A DNA stretch of 64,000 nucleotides. It comes from Eledone cirrhosa. Its lineage: Eukaryota. The stretch lies in the NCBI GenBank assembly GCA_964016885.1, contig OZ024758.1, positions 30,566,001-30,630,000 on the forward strand, written 5' to 3'. Of this stretch, positions 1-19,036 are shown in pieces (the first letter of the stretch is position 1; every line of letters begins with the position of its first letter). Below the pieces are notes generated by a model. The model worked only from the letters and a program-made list of their open reading frames with translations, ran no database searches and had not been told where the DNA came from. Made by a program: the position numbers and the translations under genes.

Positions 1-902
1 CGCGGGTACATGTATGTATGGTGTGTGCACGCACATATGCATACATGCATGTGTATGCATGTCTGGGTGTATGTATTTGTATGAACATGTCTATGTAGGT
101 GTATGCATATATATGTGTAGATTTTCCATTTTCTCATCAGTATATATGTGCAGCGTCTTAACTATATATGCTTTCCTGAGTACAGTGTGTGTAGATATGT
201 GTATATTTATCAAAAATACCTTTGAAATAACTTTTTTGAAAGGCTCTTTCAAGCATCTTTTAAAAACGTACTTTTTATGGGAATTTTTTTTGAAATGTGT
301 GTTTTTAAAGGCATTTTGAGGGTGTTTTTCTGAAATGGTTTTTAAATGTTTTTCTATTTAAAAAAAAAATTCTTTCTAGGTATTTGCTGCACATTCAGTA
401 TTTACTGTGATTGTCGCATATAATACAGTTGTGTATGTGATTGCTGTGGGTGTATAAGTGCCCATATGTATCACACCATGCGCGAAACATGGACATGGGT
501 GTGGTCGTCTACAGGCTGGGAAGCCCGCGACAGGGCGCGAGCTGTTCAATCATACAACCCCTTACCTCCCACAGTAGTAATTCCCATATAAGAAACAACT
601 TTGATTGACAGGTGGCAAATGAAAGGAACCAAATATACGACGGCCATGGTGGCCAACAATACCGATGACGTGTACAATTCTTGACCACTCATTGAAAGAC
701 AACAACAGGATCTAAGCTGCCGTGGGTGTAACTGGACATTTGGAAAAACTGCTTCGTAGAATCGAGACGTATCTGAAACCTTGCGATTTCAGAGTCGGGT
801 TCGATCATTACATAGATCGTGCCTCGAGCTGGTCGCCAGAGAAATGATTGTAATATGTCTAATACATTTTATTCGTCGCACCACTGATTCTCCGTTTCTT
901 AT

Positions 903-950
<48 letters not shown>

Positions 951-1099
951 AGTGGCGTGAGTGTTTGTTTGTATGAATGAGTGTTGGTGTGTGTGTGTCT
1001 GTGTGTGTGTGTATGAGTATCACTAAGTGAATTTTTATTTTATGCGCGGGGATATAGAAATAGTCGGGCTGGATACACGATCGCGCAGTTAAACCACTG

Positions 1100-1325
1100 G
1101 GATTGAAGGGCCCCTAGCCTTTGTCAGGGCATTCTTCTAGGAGAAGGCAACTCAGGAAACTGGGATAACTCCGATATAAAACCTGCGGCCCAGTAGTTAC
1201 CGATGATGTTGATATTTTCTTCTATTCGGGTTATAGCTACTGTCGCTCAGAGAATGGGATTGGCTCAGTGCACAGTCTTTCCTCACTTTAAAAATATATT
1301 CTTCACGCACAGGCATTGCAAGATT
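1100..1325 (+). mobile_element. Diverged RTE 5'UTR-like fragment, related to the element at 56815-57423
   Basis: CCCCTAGCCTTTGTCAGGGCA..TTCTAGGAGAAGGCAACTC..GATGATGTTGA..CACAGGCATTGC is colinear with 57024-57211; followed by an (ATT)n run. Confidence 0.6.
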
Positions 1326-1347
1326 GCATTAATTAATAATTATTAAT

Positions 1348-1379
<32 letters not shown>

Positions 1380-1409
1380 CCCCCATTCAATGATGTTCCA
1401 AAACAATAT

Positions 1410-1499
1410 AAAAGAGATAATTGGCAATAAAGGTTCTGGAACAAAAGAGATAATTGGTAATAAGGGTTCTGGAACAAAAGAGATAATTGGTAATAAGGG
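1410..1499. repeat. 33-bp minisatellite, ~2.7 copies
   Basis: AAAAGAGATAATTGG(C/T)AATAA(A/G)GGTTCTGGAAC repeated. Confidence 0.85.
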
Positions 1500-1569
1500 C
1501 AGGGGCCCCAGGTTATCATAGCCTGGGCCCGCTCGCCATCGTGCCACTGTAATAGAGCCAAACAAGGCA

Positions 1570-2330
1570 TTTAATATTGGCTGCTGGAACGTACGGACGC
1601 TGCTTGATAGGGATTCCTCTGAACGTCCTGAACGAAGGACCGCTGTTGTTGCAAAGGAGCTCCAACGTTACGATCTTGACATCGTAGCTTTATCTGAGAC
1701 GAGGTTAGCTGGAGATGGTCATCTTACATAATTTTGTGGAGAATATACATTCTTCTGGAAAGGAAGAGATGAAGGAACCAGAAGAGAGGCTGGGGTCGCA
1801 TTTGCTGTTAAGACTGTTCTTGTGGATACATTAGGAGAATTCCCAGTGGGGATTAGTGAAAGTCTTATGTCCATGAGAATTTCGCTGGACAAAGGAAGAT
1901 ATGCGACCCTGGTGAGTGTGTATGCTCCAATTATGAATTCTGTCGATGAAGAAAAAGTGTCTCTTTACCATGCCTTGAAAGGTGTTTTAAGAAATATCCC
2001 TCAGGAAGACAAGGTCATCGTGCTTGGTGAATTTAATGCTAGAGTGGGTAGGGATTTTAACACATGGAATGTAATCGGAAGGCTTAGGATGGGAAAGTGT
2101 AACAACAATGGTATGCTCCTGTTGCAGCTGTGTGAGGAGCTGGATCTGTGTGTTGCGCCAACACCATGTTCCAACAAAAGAACAAATTTAAGATCACATG
2201 GATGCATCCTGCATCTAAGGAATGGCATATTTTGTCAGGATGCGTGACAGACGGAATGTGCAGTGTGTTCGTGCTCTTCGTGGAGCTGAGTGCTGGACGG
2301 ACCAGCGCCTGCTACGCGCAAAAGTGAAAT
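1570..2330 (+). pseudogene. RTE-clade LINE, AP-endonuclease N-terminal fragment (decayed)
   Basis: Reads FNIGCWNVRTLLDR..ERRTAVVAKELQRYDLDIVALSETRL..YTFFWKG..GVAFAV..VSVYAP..VLGEFNARVG; in-frame stop and frameshifts; cut off by the HHR tandem repeat. Confidence 0.9.
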
Positions 2331-2424
2331 TAACTCACTCAATATGCAAATTAGGCTGCTCAGCCGTTAATTTTCATAAGGAAAGTATATACTTTCGAAC
2401 GTTCAACTATCTGGCAGATGGGTA

Positions 2425-2469
2425 AACGGTGCTGATGATAGCTAACAAGCTTGAAACTAGTACATCGTT
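2425..2469 (+). ncRNA. Minimal type I hammerhead ribozyme, unit 1
   Basis: AACGGTG-CTGATGA-T AGCT AACA AGCT T-GAAA-CTAG-TA^CATCGTT: 7-bp stem I, intact core, palindromic stem III. Confidence 0.85.
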
Positions 2470-2634
2470 CCTGTGTCAGTGTTGAACAAAAAGGTGACGT
2501 GGTTGCCTTAACACCGTATGGCATAAATTCAGGCTGTTCAGTTTGTTGACAAACGAACAAAGCGGCGTTATAATAAGCGTCCGCTAAACTGATTCGTGCA
2601 TATATGTATGTGTACCGGTATGTATATATATGTA

Positions 2635-2674
<40 letters not shown>

Positions 2675-2908
2675 TGCTACTGTACGTCTGTATACATATA
2701 TGTATGTACGTATACATACATACTTACATTTAAGTAAGTGCCATACTAAGAGTGAGAAATGAAATTTCGTTTTCATTTTTTTCAACTTATCGTTTTCGGT
2801 ATGCCTGACCGATTTAACTCACTCAATATGCAAATTAGGCTGCTCAGCCGTTAATTTTCATAAGGAAAGTATATACTTTCGAACGTTCAACTATCTGGCA
2901 GATGGGTA

Positions 2909-2953
2909 AACGGTGCTGATGATAGCTAACAAGCTTGAAACTAGTACATCGTT
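2909..2953 (+). ncRNA. Minimal type I hammerhead ribozyme, unit 2
   Basis: Same sequence as 2425-2469. Confidence 0.85.
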
Positions 2954-3118
2954 CCTGTGTCAGTGTTGAACAAAAAGGTGACGTGGTTGCCTTAACACCG
3001 TATGGCATAAATTCAGGCTGTTCAGTTTGTTGACAAACGAACAAAGCGGCGTTATAATAAGCGTCCGCTAAACTGATTCGTGCATATATGTATGTGTACC
3101 GGTATGTATATATATGTA

Positions 3119-3170
<52 letters not shown>

Positions 3171-3404
3171 TGCTACTGTACGTCTGTATACATATATGTA
3201 TGTACGTATACATACATACTTACATTTAAGTAAGTGCCATACTAAGAGTGAGAAATGAAATTTCGTTTTCATTTTTTTCAACTTATCGTTTTCGGTATGC
3301 CTGACCGATTTAACTCACTCAATATGCAAATTAGGCTGCTCAGCCGTTAATTTTCATAAGGAAAGTATATACTTTCGAACGTTCAACTATCTGGCAGATG
3401 GGTA

Positions 3405-3449
3405 AACGGTGCTGATGATAGCTAACAAGCTTGAAACTAGTACATCGTT
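3405..3449 (+). ncRNA. Minimal type I hammerhead ribozyme, unit 3
   Basis: Same sequence as 2425-2469. Confidence 0.85.
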
Positions 3450-3609
3450 CCTGTGTCAGTGTTGAACAAAAAGGTGACGTGGTTGCCTTAACACCGTATG
3501 GCATAAATTCAGGCTGTTCAGTTTGTTGACAAACGAACAAAGCGGCGTTATAATAAGCGTCCGCTAAACTGATGCGTGCATATATGTATGTGTACCGGTA
3601 TGTATATAT

Positions 3610-3643
<34 letters not shown>

Positions 3644-3702
3644 ATGCATGCTACTGTACGTCTGCATACATATATGTATGTACGTATACATACATACTTA
3701 CA

Positions 3703-7620
<3,918 letters not shown>

Positions 7621-7659
7621 TAATATAAGATCAAAAGATGGTTAAAGGAGTTCCATATA

Positions 7660-7726
7660 TTTTATTATGCGCATTTCAAAAACAAACATCATCAAACAAT
7701 AATATTTGTGTTTTCATCAGATAAAA
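7660..7726 (-). ncRNA. Minimal hammerhead ribozyme of PLE family 2
   Basis: Minus strand TTTTAT-CTGATGA-AAAC..TTTT-GAAA-TGCGCA-TA^ATAAAA; palindromic stem III. Confidence 0.75.
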
Positions 7727-8657
7727 CAGGAGAACATGATATGAAGGCTAAAAAATACTTGTTGATAGTGCAGTTTTAAATCAACATATGAAAAGTGGTT
7801 TTAGATTGATGTGTGATATTGGGAAAAATATTTTATTTAGAGAGGGGGGGGAGAAAAGGATGAAAAGGGAAGGAGATGAGAGGGAGAGATGGGTGATAGA
7901 GAGAAAGAGATAGTTTTTATAACTGAGAGGAGATATATTTTATATAGAGGGGTTGAAAACCGTTGGAAGATACTGTATAAATTAAAAATTTTGAAAATTA
8001 ACGAAGGGAGGATATGTGCGAGGAAAAAATATTTTATTTAGGGAGGGGGGGGGGGTGGAAAGGATGAAAAAAAAGGGGAGGAGATGAGAGTGAAGGTGGA
8101 AAGGGAGAGATGGGTGATAGAGAGAAAGAGATAGTTTTTATAACTGAGAAAAAGATATAATGTTTTAATATAGAGAGGTTGGGAACCGTTGGAAGATAAT
8201 GTATAAATTAAAGGAATTTGAAAATTAACGAAGGGAAATTATGTATGAAGATAGAGAGAAAAAATAATAATTGTGGGTGAATATTCTAACGTCAAAAGAA
8301 GAAATGTATGTATTGTGGGAATTTCAAAATTAGCAAAGAGAAAAAAAGTTTATGTGTAGAAGGATTGGAGAAAAATAATGTGAAGTTAAAGTTTGTATAT
8401 TGAATTCATATGTATTAATAATGAGTTCGTTGATGGGGAGAAAAAAATAATAATAAATTAAGGATGAAATTGAGATTAAAAAGATTTATGATAGAGAGAA
8501 AAAATAATAATGATTGCGGATGAATACTCAAAATGTCAAAAACAAATGTTATTGTTTTACGAGAAGATAGAATGAGGGTAATGAGTAAACGAGTATTATA
8601 GAGTGTATAATGCCCTTTAAAGTAAGGTAGATGGGTATATTTTAAAGAATATATGAG

Positions 8658-8689
<32 letters not shown>

Positions 8690-8951
8690 TATATATAATA
8701 ATAAATTAAGGATGAAATTGAGATTAAAAAGATTTATGATAGAGAGAAAAAATAATAATGATTACGGATGAATATTCGAAATGTCAAAAACAAATGTTAT
8801 TGTTTTACGAGAAGATAGAATGAGGGTAATGAGTAAACGAGTATTATAGAGTGTATAATGCCCTTTAAGGTAAGGTAGATGGGTATATTTTAAAGAGGTG
8901 TATGTATATGTGCCTTTGAGAAAAGATTCTAAATTGATAAAGAATTGAATA

Positions 8952-9455
8952 TTAACTGTATACTTTGTGAAAAGTTCTATGGAATTTATGCAGGCAGATA
9001 GAAAACAAATCTGAGCGTCTATTTATTATGGATTCTAGGTTAGAGATAATGGTAAATTTTTCATTTAGGCAGAGATTACAGATTTTAGATAGAGAGCTGT
9101 TCAAGTATGAGGATGCAGAAGAAATCTTTTTCCAAAAGATGTTATATTTAATGTTTTTGTCTTTTAAGGACCATATGAGTTCTGAGAGAGCAGTGTTAGT
9201 TCTTTTAAGTTTGTATTTGAAAGATGAATGATGATTATAGAGACGAGCTTTAAAAGAGGTGGAAGTGGAGCCAAAATAGGTGAAGGAATTGGTGCTAGTT
9301 ATAATTTTACATTCATAAATTAAGTTTTTATCGAGGCAATGGTTGTTGAGAGGACATTTATTTTTAATGCGGCAGTTGCAATTAGAGAGATTATTAATGA
9401 GTGATCTAGTGTTATCTATAGAAGGAATTGGATTGGAGAAGTTGTTTGCGATAGG
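8952..9455 (-). pseudogene. GIY-YIG endonuclease C-terminal fragment of PLE family 2 (not in the ORF track, no start codon)
   Basis: Translates [86 protein letters not shown], colinear with the C-terminus of 44392-46545. Confidence 0.9.
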
Positions 9456-9457
9456 AA

Positions 9458-11929
<2,472 letters not shown>

Positions 11930-12588
11930 TATTATTACATTTTTATACATATATATGTATATATATGTATTATTACATTTTTCATACATCTATATTATTA
12001 TATATTTGAAAATTGACCGGTTAATACATTTTTCATACATCTATATTATTATATATTTGAAAATTGACCGGTTAATACATTTTTCATACATCTATATTAT
12101 TATATATTTGAAACCACGTGTTTTCGAACTTGTGAGTACATTTTCCTTTAACTACAAATTATTATTATATACTTTCGTCTTTTCATTAATTTCAAATAAC
12201 CAGAATATACATATATATATATATATATACTCATATTTATATATATACGCTTCTCACTCACACACAAGAAAAACAAAAAACAAAAATAAATTAAAAAAAA
12301 AATATATATATATTGAAATACTTAACTAAAACACACACACACGAACTTGTGAGTACATTTTCCTTTAACTACAAATTATTATTATATACTTTCGTCTTTT
12401 CATTAACTTAATTAATTTCAAATAACCAGAATATACATATATATATATATACTCATATTTATATATATACGCTTCTCACTCACACACAAGAAAAACAAAA
12501 AACAAAAATAAATCAAAAATAAATTTAAAAAAAAAAATATATATATATTGAAATACTTAACTAAAACACACACACACTCAAAACTAGA

Positions 12589-13749
12589 ATGGCTAACCAG
12601 CAAAAATCCAAACAGAACTGGTCTGATAATGAAATCGACATTCTAATAAACACATGGCATTGCCTTTCCCAAACAGAAAATATAGATGCTTCATCTCTGA
12701 ACGACATTGCTAAACGTACAGTTCAATTTTTGAAAACTCGATCTGAACAACAGATTCAAAATAAATTAAAGCAAATCGAAATTGCTTTTAAATTAATCAA
12801 TAAACATTTGGATAAACTACGGTGTGTTTTCTCTTCGAATGCTGTCCAGCAGCAGCAACAACAACAACAGCAGCTACAACAGCAACAACAACAACAGCTA
12901 CAACAACAACATCAACAACAGCTACAACAACAACATCAACAACAGCAACAACAACAGTGTGAACCACTCCTTGATTCATCAACAATGGCCGATCTACTAA
13001 TGAAACTATTGACCCCCCAGTAGCCTCTGTCTCACAGCATGAAACGCCACATCCTTTCTCTGGCCCAGCAGTCCAATCATCACCACTGCCAACATCTCTG
13101 CCTACTACTACTACTACTACTACAACATTTTTGTCTACTGCTATGTCAAGGAATTTACCTTCTAATACCAGAACAAGAACTCTCCCTCCCACAGTCCACA
13201 AAGGTCGTCAAATCCTACCCAAACCATCATCTACACCTCTCACAACACCCACACCCATATACCCACCCACTCGAAACCCCATCATTTGCCCGCTACTCTC
13301 TACGCTATAGAATATGTACGGATAGTGGCTGCAAATTCACCCATTTACCTAGGACAAAACGATCTATCCCCACAAACAGCCACCACCATAATACATACTC
13401 TAATTTAACACCAACACAACCACCAATAACTCAAACAAGGAATCCACAAATCTGCCGTTTTTCCCTGCGAGACAGATTGTGTTTAGACCGGGATTGTCCC
13501 TTTACCCATCTCCCGGGGACCCGTCGGATAAATGAAAATAAAATTAAAAATAAAAGCAAAAACAAAAACCATAACCTACATAAAAATAACCACTACCACA
13601 GTCACCAACAGTCTTCTAAACAGGAAACTTCTTCCTCTTTTTTAGCCATAATGAATCTGGCAAAAGAACTGGAAAAAAACATTCGAGCTATCACCCAGCA
13701 CCACCCTCCACTATCACCCCACTGCACAAACTCCCATTGCTGCCATTAA
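12589..13749 (+). pseudogene. LINE ORF1, frameshifted: Myb/SANT-like N-terminus, polyQ, two Cys/His knuckles
   Basis: NWSDNEIDILINTW..RSEQQIQNKLKQI; CTDSGCKFTHLP and CRFSLRDRLCLDRDCPFTHLPGT; split over 12589-13023 and 13039-13749. Confidence 0.7.
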
Positions 13750-16700
13750 CAAACAAACAAATTAACAACACACCAAAACAATTAAAACCATCCACTCTCG
13801 CCTCTACATTTTTGCTTAACGCCCAAGGCATCAGCCCTTCCACCAATACTCAAAAATGGAAGATCAAATTCCTGGAGGACTGGATTGATGTCCATCCAAA
13901 CCACATCCCTTTCTTCGTCCTCACTGAAACCCATCTCAGTAACCTCCACTTGGAAGCCGAGGTGAAAGTGAAAAATTTCAAAGCCATCCGTGCTGATCGC
14001 GCTGGCAGAAGAAAGGGCGGAACTGCCATTTATGTCCATAATTCTTTCTCAACAGAGGCTATGAACATATTCACTAATGGATACTGTGAGGCAGTCACTG
14101 TATTCAGTCAAACCAACAACCTATTAGTAGTTGGGCTCTATAGGCCACCCCAAACGCCTGTACCATGCTTCAAGGAATGCCTCAACAGCATAAAGTGTTT
14201 CATCCAAGAGTGTCACCCTGACAACATCTTAATGATGGGGGACTTCAACCTCCCCGGAGTTGACTGGTCCACAAACACCCTGCCACCAGGTTCTTCTGCC
14301 TCAACCTCTGACAGGGAAGCTGTGGAATCGCTTCTTGACTTCATGGATGATTTCTTCCTATCCCAACTAGTGCTCGAACCAACGAGGTGCCACAAAAACG
14401 TCCTAGACTTAATTTTCAGCAATCACACTGACAATATCCACAATATTGCAGTGGAGAAAACTCTACTCTCTGATCATGACATGGTTCTCTGTGATCTGAG
14501 ATTCCACCGTCCAATATACAAACCCAATGTCATCTCTCCTGTCCATCCGTTTGACGCTATGGATTTCCACAATGCAAACTGGGAAGCGATCAGTCATGAT
14601 CTTGCACATGTCGATTGGTCCTTCACGCACACTCATACACCCACTAACATCAAAAAGTCCTGGCAGACATTTGTTTGTGGACACTGTTACAAACATATGT
14701 GCTAAACACACCCCATTAAGAACTATAAACAAATCTAAGAGCAGAATCCCTAGAAATAGAAAAACGCTCATCAGAAAAATTAAGAGAACGAACAAAAAAA
14801 TCAACAATCTGAAATACTGTCAGCAGCAACACATCAACTTGACTGCCATTTCATCACTAGAGATTAAAAAACATAACCTCCAAAACAACATAATGTCCCT
14901 CATCAACAATCAGAGAAGAGCTGAAGAGGCCTGGGCCATTGAGAAGATCAAACTCAATCCCAAAGTGTTCTTTTCATTTGCAAAAAAACACAAAATCACT
15001 GGCTCTACTGTTGGCCCTCTAATTGATGAAAATGGCACTCTTCAAGACAATGCTAAAACCATGGGTGAGATACTGCAGAAACAATACTGCTCTGTTTTCA
15101 GCAATCCTGATATGGCCGATCTGGGCTGTATCGGCGATGTTACTCCCCATTACACCTTATCGGACATAACGTTTGGCGCCCCTGATGTCTTGGCGGCAAT
15201 AAAGGAAATCAAGCATAATTCAGCAGTAGGTCCCGATAGGTTCCCTGCTTGTGTCTTGAAGGCGTGTCAACACCAACTTGCTTCTCCTCTTGCCAATCTG
15301 TGGCGGAACTCACTGGATGCTGGATATGTGCCAGAAAACCTTCTATCCCAGTCTGTTGTCCCAGTTTGCAAAAAGGGAAACAAATCCCTTGCCGTGAATT
15401 ACCGTCCAATCTCACTCACCTCTCATATCATTAAGGTATTTGAGCGAGTGGTGAGATCGCGAATGACCCACTTCCTTGAGAGTAACAATATGCTGAACTC
15501 CAACCAGCATGGATTCCGTAATGGAAGGGATTGCCTGACGCAACTACTGCATCACTTTGATGACATTTTGAGAGCCTTGGGAGAGGGTTCCAACACTGAT
15601 GTTATCTACCTTGATTTCAGCAAGGCCTTTGACAGGGTTGATCATAACATTCTACTGAGAAAGCTGTCCAATATTGGTGTCACTGGAAAGCTGCTGCAGT
15701 GGATCAAGAGCTTCCTGTCAAACAGAACCCAACATCTTGTAGTTGAGGGAGTCAAGTCAAGCCCAGCCAAGGTCAGTAGTGGAGTCCCACAAGGCACTGT
15801 GTTGGGCCCACTTCTCTTCATCATCTATATTAATGACATCACTGACATCATCAAACACAGCAACATTAAAATTTTCGCTGATGATTCCAAGCTCCAAAAG
15901 GTCATCAATGGCGTGGATGACCGGATAAGCCTTCAGTCAGACCTACTGGCTGTTACCCAATGGGCAGAAAAGAACAACATGTTACTGAACGAAGACAAAT
16001 TCGAACTGATCCACTTTGGAAAAGAGGATGCTCTGAAACTCCCGTACTCCCTTCCCTCCGGGGAAACTCTCGTGGCATCTAACAACATCAGAGACTTGGG
16101 AGTAACCGTGGACAGCAACATAAGCTGGACCACGCATATAAGCAGCAAAGTTGACATGGCCCGCAGAATGTGTTCCTGGATCCTCAGAACCTTCCAGTCG
16201 AGAGATTCCCGCACCATTATCCTTCTCTTCTCTACTTTCGCCCGACCACACCTTGAATACTGTTGTCCACTGTGGTCTCCCCACACGAAACAAAGTATCA
16301 TGAAACTTGAAGCTCCTCAAAGGGCAATCACGAAAAAGATAGATGGCATGTCAGACCTTGACTACTGGGGTCGATTGGAAAACCTGAAACTTTACTCACT
16401 CCAACGTCGCCGTGAGCGTTATATTATCTGCATGATGTGGAAAATGTTCCATCATCACTGCCCAAATGATGTTGGCATCGCCTTCAAGATACACCCAAGG
16501 CTTGGGCCCCGTGCTATCCGTCCCATTCAAAAATCTAAATCGCAACTCATAACAACAATACGGCACAATTATTTCACCTCAATCGGCCCTGCTCTCTTCA
16601 ACATCACACCAGGACACGTCAAAACAGAAACTGACCACACAAAATTCAAGAAGTCTTTGGACAAATTCCTCCAAGTAATCCCGGACAAACCACCCACACC

Positions 16701-16761
16701 CGGATATGTCTCCGCAAACAGTAATTCTCTTCTCGAATGGGCCATGGTGCCCAAATCCTGA
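13737..16761 (+). pseudogene. LINE ORF2 (AP endonuclease + reverse transcriptase), one frameshift
   Basis: LNAQG, LTETHL, YRPP, MGDFN, LDLIF, SDHD; [38 protein letters not shown] 4-bp TTGT duplication near 14672, absent from copy 3, explains the frameshift. Confidence 0.95.
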
Positions 16762-16848
16762 ATTGAAAGACTTCGCCAGGTGGTGCTATTAAGTTAGACA
16801 TGGCCTGGGCCAATACTGGCCAAAACATTTCAAAGTTATTCAAAGTTA

Positions 16849-16870
16849 TATATATATATGTATATATATG

Positions 16871-16919
<49 letters not shown>

Positions 16920-16930
16920 GTATATATATG

Positions 16931-16963
<33 letters not shown>

Positions 16964-16974
16964 GTATATATATG

Positions 16975-17009
<35 letters not shown>

Positions 17010-17020
17010 GTATATATATG

Positions 17021-17051
<31 letters not shown>

Positions 17052-17150
17052 GTATATATATATGTATATATATGTATATATATATGTATGTATATATATA
17101 TATGTATGTATATATGTATATATGTATATATATATATATATGTATATATG

Positions 17151-17181
<31 letters not shown>

Positions 17182-17394
17182 GTATATATGTAAATATGTA
17201 TATATATATATGTATATATGTATATATGTATATGTATATATGTATATATGTATATATATATATATGTATATATGTATATATATATATATGTATATATGTA
17301 TATATATATATATATGTATATATGTATATATATATGTATATATATGTATATATATGTATATATATGTATATATATATATATATGTATATATATG

Positions 17395-17427
<33 letters not shown>

Positions 17428-17446
17428 GTATATATGTATATATGTA

Positions 17447-17477
<31 letters not shown>

Positions 17478-17486
17478 ATATATATG

Positions 17487-17535
<49 letters not shown>

Positions 17536-17549
17536 GTATATGTATATAT

Positions 17550-17631
<82 letters not shown>

Positions 17632-17666
17632 GTATATATATGTATATATGTATATGTATATATATG

Positions 17667-17697
<31 letters not shown>

Positions 17698-17734
17698 GTA
17701 TATGTATATATATATGTATGTATATGTATATATG

Positions 17735-17825
<91 letters not shown>

Positions 17826-17837
17826 GTATATGTATAT

Positions 17838-17869
<32 letters not shown>

Positions 17870-17901
17870 GTATATGTATATATATATGTATATGTATATA
17901 T

Positions 17902-17933
<32 letters not shown>

Positions 17934-17936
17934 GTA

Positions 17937-17985
<49 letters not shown>

Positions 17986-18003
17986 GTATATGTATATGTA
18001 TAT

Positions 18004-18035
<32 letters not shown>

Positions 18036-18050
18036 GTATATGTATATATG

Positions 18051-18145
<95 letters not shown>

Positions 18146-18156
18146 GTATATATGTA

Positions 18157-18215
<59 letters not shown>

Positions 18216-18284
18216 GTTTATATATATATATATGTATATATGTTTATATATATATATATATGTATATATATATGTATATATATG

Positions 18285-18342
<58 letters not shown>

Positions 18343-18437
18343 TGTATATGTATATATATATATGTATATGTATATATATGTATATATATATGTATATATA
18401 TGTATATATATATATGTATATATATATATGTATATAT

Positions 18438-18483
<46 letters not shown>

Positions 18484-18528
18484 ATATGTATATATGTATA
18501 TGTATATATATATATATGTATATATGTA

Positions 18529-18559
<31 letters not shown>

Positions 18560-18594
18560 ATATATATATATATATGTATATATATGTATATATG

Positions 18595-18663
<69 letters not shown>

Positions 18664-18690
18664 GTATATATGTATATATATGTATATATG

Positions 18691-18723
<33 letters not shown>

Positions 18724-18768
18724 GTATATATGTATATATATGTATATATGTATATATATGTATATATG

Positions 18769-18799
<31 letters not shown>

Positions 18800-18836
18800 G
18801 TATATATGTATATATGTATATATATATATATATGTA
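16849..18836. repeat. Imperfect (TA)n/TG array running into the gap
   Basis: Directly visible. Confidence 0.98.
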
Positions 18837-19036
18837 NNNNNNNNNNNNNNNNNNNNNNNNNNNNNNNNNNNNNNNNNNNNNNNNNNNNNNNNNNNNNNNN
18901 NNNNNNNNNNNNNNNNNNNNNNNNNNNNNNNNNNNNNNNNNNNNNNNNNNNNNNNNNNNNNNNNNNNNNNNNNNNNNNNNNNNNNNNNNNNNNNNNNNNN
19001 NNNNNNNNNNNNNNNNNNNNNNNNNNNNNNNNNNNN
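18837..19036. other. Assembly gap (200 N)
   Basis: Run of N. Confidence 1.

Larger units (their letters stand above)
2331..3702 (+). mobile_element. Tandem non-coding repeat (units start 2331, 2815, 3311; 484 and 496 bp; third unit truncated), retrozyme-like
   Basis: Near-identical units differing mainly in internal (TA)n length; one hammerhead per unit. Confidence 0.85.
7621..9457 (-). mobile_element. 5'-truncated Penelope-like element, family 2 (Naiad-type): GIY-YIG end + 3'UTR/pLTR
   Basis: Minus-strand GIY-YIG coding fragment, then an AT-rich UTR with internal duplications (e.g. ~8445-8650 vs ~8695-8897) and a terminal HHR; TA arrays on both sides. Confidence 0.85.
11930..16848 (+). mobile_element. 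Near full-length CR1-group LINE, family A copy 1 (5'UTR with tandem duplications, ORF1, ORF2, short 3'UTR)
   Basis: APE+RT ORF2; 3' end (TTCAAAGTTA)x2 then (TA)n; 5' region has ~50-bp repeats and a ~220-bp duplication; the 5' boundary is approximate. Confidence 0.9.

Noticed and set aside
15870-15900. CTGATGA in LINE ORF2 (also ~25093, ~27742 and the minus-strand copy)
   Set aside because: These are the codons of the F/YADD RT motif; no stem II/GAAA arrangement
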